A stretch of 64,000 nucleotides of DNA from Steroidobacteraceae bacterium (GTDB taxonomy: Bacteria > Pseudomonadota > Gammaproteobacteria > Steroidobacterales > Steroidobacteraceae): assembly GCA_049510875.1 (NCBI GenBank), contig JBEKYO010000005.1:3818-67817 (forward strand). The letters are read 5' to 3'. Below the pieces are notes generated by a model that saw only the letters and a program-made list of their open reading frames with translations, searched no databases and was not told the origin of the DNA. Shown here in pieces: positions 17,181 to 24,835 of this stretch. The first letter of the stretch is position 1. Every line of letters begins with the position of its first letter. The translations under genes and the position numbers were made by a program.

Positions 17181-18893
17181 ATGAACGCAACGCCCATCAT
17201 CCAAGTGTCCGCTCACCTTACGGCGAGTCCATCCACAGCGAGCAGCTCCACGGCGGCCGATTCCACCAAGGGGAGCACGAGCGGGGCGAGCTTCGCCGGG
17301 GTCATGCATGACGCGGGCGCCAAGCCTGCGCGCAAGTCCGGCTCCGCCAAGGCGTCGCAAGCGGAGCCCTCCGGCAGCGCGTTGCCGCCGACCGGCAACC
17401 ACTCGCCGGCGGAGTCCGCGGCCTCGCCGCAGACGGCCGCCCTGGCGCTGACGCCGAATGCGGTCGCGGCGGCCCAGGCCGCCGCCGCTGCTGACGCCGA
17501 GGGGGAGGACGCGGCATCGGACTCGCCCGTGTCGGGTTCCAGCTCAACGTCGAGCAGCCTGGAAGCGGCCGCGGCGGCGGCGGCGGCGGGCACGGGAGCG
17601 GCCGACACGGCCGCCGGCCGCGCCGCCTCCTCGTCCGCGTTCAGCGCGGCGCTCGGGCTGCCCTCGGCCGGCACCGCCAGTGCCGGACAAGCCGCGGCGA
17701 GCACGGCCGCTACGGCCGCCACGGCGGCTGCAGCGACCGCCGCCGCTACGACGACCGCCGCCGCTACGACGACCGCAGCGGCTTCGGCGACCACAGCCGC
17801 GGCGGCGAGCACCGCGGCTTCGGCGGCGACAGCGGCCACCACGGCCAGCACGGCCGAGGACCTCGCTGCCAAGGCAACCAGCGCCGGGTCACGTCCACTC
17901 GCGAAAGGCATCGATCGCGAAGCGCCGCGCCCCGCCGCCGCGTCGGTCGCGACCCAGGGCGATGCTCCCGGCAGTGCCGACAGCATCTCGGCGCGGTCGA
18001 GCGCGGCGGCGGCATCGGCCTCCGCCTCCGCAACGACCTCGGCCCAGCAGGCCTCCGACGCCTCAACCGTGGCGTCGGCGGCCGGAGCGGCCAGCGCCGC
18101 AGGCGCGGCGGAATCGAAGGCCAGCAGCTCCGCCGCCGCCGCCGAGGACGGGGATTCGGATTCGTCCGACTCCGCCTCAGACCTCGCGGCATCCGCCATG
18201 AACGGTGTATCCGGTGCTTCCGGCTCCTCGTCCGCGGGCACGTCGCAAGCCCAGACCGTGGCCAGTGTGCTGGGCGCCGCGAACGCTGCGGCGCTGTCGC
18301 TGGCCGCGAACATCGACAAACATCCGCACCCCGGCGCCGACTCCTCCCTGGAATCCGCCATCGGCGCCGGCACCAACGCCAGCGCGGACGCCGCGGCCGG
18401 CTTATCCCAGATCAGCGTGAATTCACCCGTCAGCGCGGCCGCAGACACCGCCCCCGCGCCCACCTTGCAAGTGCATGCCAGCGTCGACAGTGACGAGTTC
18501 GCGCAGGGCCTGTCGGACCGCGTCTCGTGGATGGTCAACAGCGGCGTCAACAGCGCCAAACTGCAGGTGAATCCACCGCAGCTGGGTCCCATCGAGTTGA
18601 ACATCCTGGTGCAGGGCGACCATGCGCAGGTGTCGATGAGCACGCATAGCGCCGTGACGCGCGACGCGCTGCAGTCGAGTTCATCGCAGCTGCGCGACAT
18701 GTTGGGCGCCCAAGGCTTCGGCCAGGTGAGCGTCGATATTTCGCAGCGCTCCTTTCAGGATCGCTCGGCCTATACGCCGCCCTACGAGCTGGCGTCGTCC
18801 AGCGAGCGGGGCGCCGCGGCGACGCCCGCGGTGTCGTCGACCGCCGCTGCCGCCCCTCGCGGCTCGCTCGGCGTCCTCGATGCCTATGCGTAG
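17181..18893 (+). CDS. fliK: flagellar hook-length control protein FliK
   Basis: 570 aa. The C-terminal Flg_hook-type domain reads FAQGLSDRVSWMVNSGVNSAKLQVNPPQLGPIELNILVQGDHAQVSMSTHSAVTRDALQSSSSQLRDMLGAQGFGQVSVDISQ. A long Ala/Ser/Thr low-complexity middle region precedes it. The start codon is uncertain (see finding). Confidence 0.85.
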   Translation: MNATPIIQVSAHLTASPSTASSSTAADSTKGSTSGASFAGVMHDAGAKPARKSGSAKASQAEPSGSALPPTGNHSPAESAASPQTAALALTPNAVAAAQAAAAADAEGEDAASDSPVSGSSSTSSSLEAAAAAAAAGTGAADTAAGRAASSSAFSAALGLPSAGTASAGQAAASTAATAATAAAATAAATTTAAATTTAAASATTAAAASTAASAATAATTASTAEDLAAKATSAGSRPLAKGIDREAPRPAAASVATQGDAPGSADSISARSSAAAASASASATTSAQQASDASTVASAAGAASAAGAAESKASSSAAAAEDGDSDSSDSASDLAASAMNGVSGASGSSSAGTSQAQTVASVLGAANAAALSLAANIDKHPHPGADSSLESAIGAGTNASADAAAGLSQISVNSPVSAAADTAPAPTLQVHASVDSDEFAQGLSDRVSWMVNSGVNSAKLQVNPPQLGPIELNILVQGDHAQVSMSTHSAVTRDALQSSSSQLRDMLGAQGFGQVSVDISQRSFQDRSAYTPPYELASSSERGAAATPAVSSTAAAAPRGSLGVLDAYA

Positions 18894-18900
18894 CGACTAG

Positions 18901-20181
18901 TCACTTTCGCCCGCTTCGAGACAGGAAGTGGCGCAATGCCGGGGCCGTGATCACCGTGCTGAATACGGCCATGATGACCAGCATGGTGAACATTTTCTGC
19001 GAGATGACGCCTAAGTCCAATCCCACGTTGACGACGATGAGCTCCATCAGCGCCCGCGTATTCATCATGAATCCCATCATCGCCGATTCCGCGTGGTCGA
19101 AGCCGGAGAGGCGCGCCGCCACATACGCACTCGCCCACTTGCTGATCGTGGCGGCGGCGACGATGGCGAGGCACCAACCCCAGTCGCTCATCGCGTCGAG
19201 CCCGCCGATCGAGGTGCGCAGACCGGTGTAGGTGAAGAATATCGGCAGAAAGAACACGGTGACGAAGCCCCCCACGCGCTCGCGCCACGCCCCCACCAGT
19301 TCCGGCTCGTCGAACAGAATGACTCCCATCATGAAGCCGCCGAATATCGCGAAAATGCCGATTTCATAAGTGGCCATGGCGGCGGCGAATATGACCACCA
19401 GCAGGCCGCCGAGAAGATTTCCGCTCATCTTCCCGGCGCGGGGATTCGAGCGGCGAATCGCCCGCTTGAGCAGCGGCCTTACGATCTTGCCGCTTGCGAG
19501 TCCGAAGGCCGCGACCAGCGCCACCCGCAGCGCCAATTCACCCCCGACGAAGTTGCTGGCCGTCAGCGCCGTGACCACGGCGAGCAGCAGCCAGCCCAGG
19601 ACATCGTTGACGGCGGCGGAACTGATGGCGATCGTGCCGAGACGGGTGCGCGTCAGATTGAACTCGATCATGATGCGTCCCAGGATCGGCAGCGCGGTGA
19701 TCGAGAATGCGGTCGCGACGAACAGCGCGGTGTCGATGCGGGGGGCGCCGAGACCCAAGCCGGGGGCCATGAAAAATCCGAGCACGAAGCCGCTCGCGAA
19801 CGGCACGGCCATGCAGGCGATGGATACGCGCAGCACGGCCGCGCGGTTGGCGCGCTCCGTCAGGTGCGCGAAATCGAATTCCAGCCCGATTTGAAACATC
19901 AGCAACACCAGGCCAAGTTGCGACAACACGAGCAGCGGCTCCGGCGACGCGGAATGAAACACGAAGTCGAATGCGCGCGGCGCGATCCAGCCGAACAGCG
20001 AAGGTCCGAGAAGGATGCCGATGATGATTTCGCCGACGGCCGCCGACTGGCCGCATAGCGCGGCGAGCCCGCCGCCGATCCGGCCGGCGAGCACGATGAT
20101 GGACAGTTCGAGCAGCGTAAAGAACAGCAGGATCTCGGTCTTGTGGGAGCTTGCGGCCGAGGCAAGGACGGATGAGTTCAA
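18901..20181 (-). CDS. cation:proton antiporter (CPA2 / Na_H_exchanger family)
   Basis: It is a 426-aa polytopic membrane protein. The N-terminus LLELSIIVLAGRIGGGLAALCGQSAAVGEIIIGILLGPSLFGW is the typical CPA family opening. The TTG start lies 1 nt after the stop of the upstream FabG-like gene. Confidence 0.8.
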   Translation of the reverse strand: MNSSVLASAASSHKTEILLFFTLLELSIIVLAGRIGGGLAALCGQSAAVGEIIIGILLGPSLFGWIAPRAFDFVFHSASPEPLLVLSQLGLVLLMFQIGLEFDFAHLTERANRAAVLRVSIACMAVPFASGFVLGFFMAPGLGLGAPRIDTALFVATAFSITALPILGRIMIEFNLTRTRLGTIAISSAAVNDVLGWLLLAVVTALTASNFVGGELALRVALVAAFGLASGKIVRPLLKRAIRRSNPRAGKMSGNLLGGLLVVIFAAAMATYEIGIFAIFGGFMMGVILFDEPELVGAWRERVGGFVTVFFLPIFFTYTGLRTSIGGLDAMSDWGWCLAIVAAATISKWASAYVAARLSGFDHAESAMMGFMMNTRALMELIVVNVGLDLGVISQKMFTMLVIMAVFSTVITAPALRHFLSRSGRK

Positions 20182-20182
20182 T

Positions 20183-20914
20183 TCAGGTCATTCCGCCGTT
20201 GATGGAAATCACCTGCCCCGTGATGTAACCGGCTGCCTCGGAGGCGAGATAGCCCACCAGGCTTGCAACCTCCGCGGGGGTTCCGGCGCGCTTCATGGGA
20301 ACCAGCTCGGCGACGGTTGCCGCGTCGAACAGAGGAGCGCTCATGGCCGTCGCGATGATGCCGGGAGCCACCGCGTTCACGGTGATGCCGCGGCTGGCGA
20401 CCTCGAGGGCGAGTGCCCTCGTCGCGGCGTTGAGCGCGCCCTTCGCCGCGGCGTAGTTGACCTGTCCGCGATTGCCGGACAACGCTGTCACCGACGAGAT
20501 GCTGATGATGCGCCCCCAGCGCGTGCGGATCATCGGCAGCATCAGCGGTTGGGTCACGTTGTAGAACCCGTCGATCGAAACGTCGATGACCCGATGCCAC
20601 TGCTCGGAACTCATGCCGGGAAACGCCGCATCGTCGTGGATGCCGGCGTTATTGACCAGGATTTGCACGGGCGCCTTGTCGAGCAGCGTCTCGAGCGCGG
20701 CGCGCGTGCCGGCGCTGTCGGTCACGTCGAACCGAACCGCCTCGGCGGCACCGCCGGCGCCGATGATTTCGCCGACCACCGCGTCGGCCGCGGCCCTGCC
20801 CCGATTCGCGTGCACGTACACGAAATGTCCGGCCGCGCCCAGCGCTCTGCAGATGGCCGCGCCGATGCCGCCGCTGCCACCCGTGACCAAAGCCCGCTTC
20901 GCCGTTTCGCTCAT
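20183..20914 (-). CDS. 3-oxoacyl-ACP reductase (FabG-like SDR ketoreductase of the polyene cluster)
   Basis: 243 aa from ATG 20914, beginning MSETAKRALVTGGSGGIGAAI (TGxxxGxG). It carries NNAG and the catalytic SxnYxxxK (SGNRGQVNYAAAKGA). The track ORF (387 aa) is over-extended upstream. Confidence 0.9.
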   Translation of the reverse strand: MSETAKRALVTGGSGGIGAAICRALGAAGHFVYVHANRGRAAADAVVGEIIGAGGAAEAVRFDVTDSAGTRAALETLLDKAPVQILVNNAGIHDDAAFPGMSSEQWHRVIDVSIDGFYNVTQPLMLPMIRTRWGRIISISSVTALSGNRGQVNYAAAKGALNAATRALALEVASRGITVNAVAPGIIATAMSAPLFDAATVAELVPMKRAGTPAEVASLVGYLASEAAGYITGQVISINGGMT

Positions 20915-21360
20915 GGATGGATTCGTCCCCTGGGGTCTAGCACTACCGTGGCGCGGCCCGTGAGCAGCGGCGCCGCCGCGGACCGCAATTCGAATTCGTA
21001 GAGAGCGGTGCCGCGGTCGCCCGCGACCCGCACGGCGTCGCAGATCAAATCCGCTGCCACATCGTCGAGCCGCAGCACATGAAACTCGACGCCGCGCAGC
21101 GCGGCAAGGAACCCCGCGGCCGGCGGACCCGCGCCCGGCGCCCCGGCCGCGAGCGCACCATGCACCGCCATGGCCTGCGCGGCGTATTCTATACCGCACG
21201 CGACACCCAGCCGTCCGCGAGCGCGCAGCGGATTGCCGGGCGCGCGATGGCTGCGGCTCAAACAGCTGATGCGGTCCGCGTCCCAGGCGAGGACTTCGTC
21301 GAGCAGGCACATGGCGCCGTGGTGCGGAATGTGCCGCTCGATCCACGCGCGGTCTAGCAT
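20911..21360 (-). CDS. hotdog-fold 3-hydroxyacyl-ACP dehydratase (ApeP-like)
   Basis: 149 aa. The opening MLDRAWIERHIPHHGAMCLLDEV matches the hotdog dehydratases found next to KR in aryl-polyene clusters. Its stop overlaps the FabG-like start. Confidence 0.65.
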   Translation of the reverse strand: MLDRAWIERHIPHHGAMCLLDEVLAWDADRISCLSRSHRAPGNPLRARGRLGVACGIEYAAQAMAVHGALAAGAPGAGPPAAGFLAALRGVEFHVLRLDDVAADLICDAVRVAGDRGTALYEFELRSAAAPLLTGRATVVLDPRGRIHP

Positions 21361-21370
21361 GGGGGAGTGC

Positions 21371-22177
21371 TCAAACAGGCTCCTCGCATGGCGCGAGATT
21401 CGTCACGAGATGCAAGGCGTCCAAGTAGTCGAGCACCGTCGATCCGGCGTCGCGTCGCGCCAACCGCCGCAGCAACGGCAGGCAGCGGGCGGCGGGAATC
21501 GCCCGGCGCAGCGACTCGAGCGGCGAATTCGGCATGGCGTCCACGGGCTCGGAACCGAGCGTCACCTCGATGAGCGCGAGCGAACCCGGGCTCTTCCGCG
21601 GCGTCAGCACCATCGCGACGCCGAAGGCATCGGGGAGCGGGCGTTTGGCATGGATCGGCTCCGGATATTCCGTATCATAGGCGACCAACAACAGCGATTT
21701 GCCGTCCACCGCGACTTGCGTCATGGCTTCGAGCAGACCCGCCCCGAAACTCGCGTCGTACGCGCACAGCACGTTGGATTCGAGCTTCGCGCCGGTGGCG
21801 ATGCTCCAGTATCCGGCCGCGGCATTGTGCACGGAATTGGAGAATCTTGTCGGCGAGACCTCGCGATGCTGCAGGCTGAGCGCCTGGCACAGTTCGTGGC
21901 AATTGTGGCCGTCGCCGCCGGAGGACGCAAACACGCTCACCAAGTCCGCGGGGTTGATGTTCGCGCGCCCCGTCGCCTCGAGGGCGACGGCGAGCGCGAG
22001 TTTGACCACGCGGCCGGTGCGCCGGCGCTCGGCCGGAGGCAGCAGTGCCGGGGTGGGCAGCAGCGTCGGTGCGGGCGAATAGGCGGCCGCGCCCGACAGC
22101 ACGCAGGCGGCCTGCGGCCAATCGGCAAGGCCGGGTCCGAGCACGCCGATGCCGCCGAGATACGCCGCGAGCTTCAT
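21371..22177 (-). CDS. beta-ketoacyl synthase chain-length-factor-like protein (short KS homologue, no obvious active-site Cys motif)
   Basis: 268 aa from ATG 22177, beginning MKLAAYLGGIGVLGPGLADWPQ and including RFSNSVHNAAAGYWSIATGA. Its ATG overlaps the stop of the full KS (ATGA). The length and sequence are typical of CLF-type partners in APE clusters. Confidence 0.7.
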   Translation of the reverse strand: MKLAAYLGGIGVLGPGLADWPQAACVLSGAAAYSPAPTLLPTPALLPPAERRRTGRVVKLALAVALEATGRANINPADLVSVFASSGGDGHNCHELCQALSLQHREVSPTRFSNSVHNAAAGYWSIATGAKLESNVLCAYDASFGAGLLEAMTQVAVDGKSLLLVAYDTEYPEPIHAKRPLPDAFGVAMVLTPRKSPGSLALIEVTLGSEPVDAMPNSPLESLRRAIPAARCLPLLRRLARRDAGSTVLDYLDALHLVTNLAPCEEPV

Positions 22178-23367
22178 GCGGGCCGGCCGAGAATCAGGCT
22201 GCAATTCGTCCCGCCGAAACCGAATGAATTGCTCAACACGTGCGCCACGGGCGCGCGCCGGTTCTCCCGTATGTAGTGCGCGGTCAACGTGGGATCCACC
22301 TGCGCGGTGTGAACGCCGCCCGGCATGAGCCCCCTGCGCAAGGCGAGGGCGCAGATGACCGCCTCGAGCGCGCCCGCGGCGCCCAAGGTGTGGCCGGTCG
22401 CGCCCTTGGTCGAACTGCTCGGCGTGGTGGGGCCGAAGACGCTGGTCACCGCCTGGCTTTCGGATCGGTCGTTGCTCGGGGTCGCGGTGCCGTGCAGATT
22501 GATGTAGTCGATCGCGCTTGCATCCAAGTTCGCGGCGAGCAGCGCAGCATGCATGGCGCGCCGCGCGCCGTGTCCCTCCGGATGCGGGGCGGACATGTGG
22601 TACGCATCGCTCGATTCGCCCACGCCGAGCAGCAGCACGGCGTCGCCGTCCAAGTCCTTGGGCGGGCGTTCCAACAATGCAAAGGCGGCAGCCTCGCCGA
22701 TGGAAATGCCGTCGCGCGCCACATCGAACGGGCGGCACGGCAGGGCTGACGACAACTGCAGTGAGTGAAATCCGTACAACGTCGTCAGGCACAGCGAGTC
22801 GACGCCACCGACCAGCGCGGCGTCGATGAGCCCCGCTTCGAGCATGCGCCGCGCCGAACCGAACACCTTGGCGCTGGAGGCGCATGCGCAGGACACCGCC
22901 ACGGCAGGCCCCTCCAGCCGCAGCCGTTGCCGCAGGTAATCGGCGGCCGAGAACGAATTGTGCGTGCCGCTGTATTCGAAGCTCGCAGGCAGCGCTCCGG
23001 TGACCCGATCGCGCTCGCGGTATGCAAGTTCGGTCTGAAGAATGCCGGCGGTGCTGGTGCCGATGAAGACTCCGATGCGTTTGCGGTCCCAGCGGCTCGC
23101 CGCGCGCCGCATCGCTTCCAGGAAGCCGTCCTGTCCCAGCGCGAGTTCCGCCAGCCGATTGTTGCGGCAATCGAAACGGGCCAATTCCCGCGGCAGCCGC
23201 ACGGCATCGACCCCGGGGACTTCGCCGATGTGGGTGTCGATGTCGACGGTCTCGAATTCGCACCTCGTGAGCCCGCTGCGCTTCGCCAGCAGCGAATCGA
23301 ACGTCTCCTCGAGCCCGAGTCCGATGCAACTGCTGGCGGTGTAGCTTGCGAGCAGCACGGGCCTCAT
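22174..23367 (-). CDS. beta-ketoacyl-ACP synthase (FabF/FabB-like elongating KS)
   Basis: 397 aa from ATG 23367. The active-site Cys context is VSCACASSAKV. The His motifs are DAYHMSAP and INLHGTATPSND, and the C-terminus reads SNSFGFGGTNCSLIL. Confidence 0.9.
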   Translation of the reverse strand: MRPVLLASYTASSCIGLGLEETFDSLLAKRSGLTRCEFETVDIDTHIGEVPGVDAVRLPRELARFDCRNNRLAELALGQDGFLEAMRRAASRWDRKRIGVFIGTSTAGILQTELAYRERDRVTGALPASFEYSGTHNSFSAADYLRQRLRLEGPAVAVSCACASSAKVFGSARRMLEAGLIDAALVGGVDSLCLTTLYGFHSLQLSSALPCRPFDVARDGISIGEAAAFALLERPPKDLDGDAVLLLGVGESSDAYHMSAPHPEGHGARRAMHAALLAANLDASAIDYINLHGTATPSNDRSESQAVTSVFGPTTPSSSTKGATGHTLGAAGALEAVICALALRRGLMPGGVHTAQVDPTLTAHYIRENRRAPVAHVLSNSFGFGGTNCSLILGRPA

Positions 23368-24185
23368 CGCCGCATCGCCCCGCGCAGCGTCACCGCGCTC
23401 AGCTGGTGCGCGCTGATGGCGTCGAGCAGCCGCGGCAGCACGTCGAGCACCACCGGCCGCCCCTCGGGGCCGAGCGCCGCGTGGCCGTCGTGCAGGAGCA
23501 CGATATCGCCGCCGCACAGCCCCTTCGTCAAGCGCCGGTAGACGGAGTCGGCATTGCGGTTGACGGTATCGAAGCCGCGCCGCGTCCAGCTCGCGAGGCG
23601 CAGCTGCAGGCTCTCGAGCACCGGGTCGAGGAACGGATTGCGCAGTCCGGCGGGGGCGCGGAAGAACCATGGTTGGTTGCCGGTGACCCGCGCAATGCTG
23701 TCCTGAGCCCCGGCGATCTCGGCGCGCATGCCGGCGGGCCCCAGCAATGAAAAATTATGCCGATGCCGTTGGCTGTGATTTTCGATGGCGTGGCCGCAGC
23801 GCGCGATCTCCTGCGCGAGGTCCGCGTAGCGCTCCACGCGTTCCCCCACGCAGAAGAATGTCGCCAGCGCACGGTGCTGCGCGAGTAGCGCGAGTACGCG
23901 CGGGGTCACCGAGGGATCAGGTCCGTCGTCGATGGTGACGGCGACTTCGCCGCGTGCGCCGCTCGCCTCAGGCAGGCGAATCCAATTCGGGCCCAACAGC
24001 TGGCTTCTCGGCCACAGGCCCGCGGCGGTCAGCGCGGCGTGGTTCGCCACCACCGCGCCCACCGACCAGGGCCAGGCCCCCGGGTCAATCAGCGCCGCGG
24101 CCGCAGCGCCCACGTGGATGGCGGCGGACGCCGATAGCGCCGGCGAGGACAGCAGGCGCCGGTACCCGGGGCCGCGCCGTGTCAT
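23364..24185 (-). CDS. polysaccharide deacetylase (NodB/CE4) family protein
   Basis: NodB motifs are present: TIDDGP, HSQRH and RAPAG. The ATG at 24185 forms an ATGA overlap with the upstream gene's stop. The track offers an alternative start at 24215. Confidence 0.8.
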   Translation of the reverse strand: MTRRGPGYRRLLSSPALSASAAIHVGAAAAALIDPGAWPWSVGAVVANHAALTAAGLWPRSQLLGPNWIRLPEASGARGEVAVTIDDGPDPSVTPRVLALLAQHRALATFFCVGERVERYADLAQEIARCGHAIENHSQRHRHNFSLLGPAGMRAEIAGAQDSIARVTGNQPWFFRAPAGLRNPFLDPVLESLQLRLASWTRRGFDTVNRNADSVYRRLTKGLCGGDIVLLHDGHAALGPEGRPVVLDVLPRLLDAISAHQLSAVTLRGAMRR

Positions 24186-24835
24186 GTGAACGTCGAGTCC
24201 AAAAAGTTCTCCCATAGTATCGTCCAGGTGCGCCAGTCGTGGCCTCCAGGCACGACGTCAACGGCGCTCGACGGCAGGGCTTGCGCCATCAATCGATGCG
24301 CTGGCGCAAATCGATCCTCGCGTCCATACCCCAAGTACACCGGCCGCGATCCAGCACCCTGCGCCTGGATGAAGCCCCATATTCGGCGTTCTTCATCGGA
24401 TTCCGCAAGATCGCCCGGAACCCAAGCGTCGAGAGCCGGCGCGCGGCCGATCTCGCCGGTCAGCATGCGGTTGCCAAGATAGGGCGCCAGCACGCACAGA
24501 CCATCGAGTTCGCCGGGGTGCGAGGCGGCGTAGTCCAATGCCATGAATCCACCGAGTGAAATTCCGGCCAGCCACAGGCGTTCGCATCCCAGCGCTCGCG
24601 CCGGCGCCAGGATGTCATGCTTCAGCTGTTCTCGAAAGCGCCGGTCGCCGAGATGCTGCAACTCGGGGTCGACGAAGCACAAATCGATGGGCAGTGCGCG
24701 CTCGCGGACCCGCGCATCGAATCCGGCCGCAATAAAGTCCTCCGCGACCTGGAAGGCGCCGGACAGGCACACGATGCGAGTCGGCGCCGTGGTCCCCGCA
24801 GCGGCCGGCCTCGCCACGCTACGCATCGGCGGCAC
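24182..24835 (-). CDS. alpha/beta hydrolase (esterase/thioesterase-like)
   Basis: 217 aa. The nucleophile elbow is GISLGG, and the late segment DRFAP...PGGHDW is consistent with a Ser-Asp-His hydrolase. Confidence 0.6.
   Translation of the reverse strand: MPPMRSVARPAAAGTTAPTRIVCLSGAFQVAEDFIAAGFDARVRERALPIDLCFVDPELQHLGDRRFREQLKHDILAPARALGCERLWLAGISLGGFMALDYAASHPGELDGLCVLAPYLGNRMLTGEIGRAPALDAWVPGDLAESDEERRIWGFIQAQGAGSRPVYLGYGREDRFAPAHRLMAQALPSSAVDVVPGGHDWRTWTILWENFLDSTFT

Noticed and set aside
17213-18700. 495-aa minus-strand ORF antisense to fliK
   Set aside because: It stays open only because the Ala/Ser/Thr-coding low-complexity DNA (GCN/ACN/TCN) lacks stop codons on the opposite strand. 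The FliK C-terminal domain is on the plus strand.
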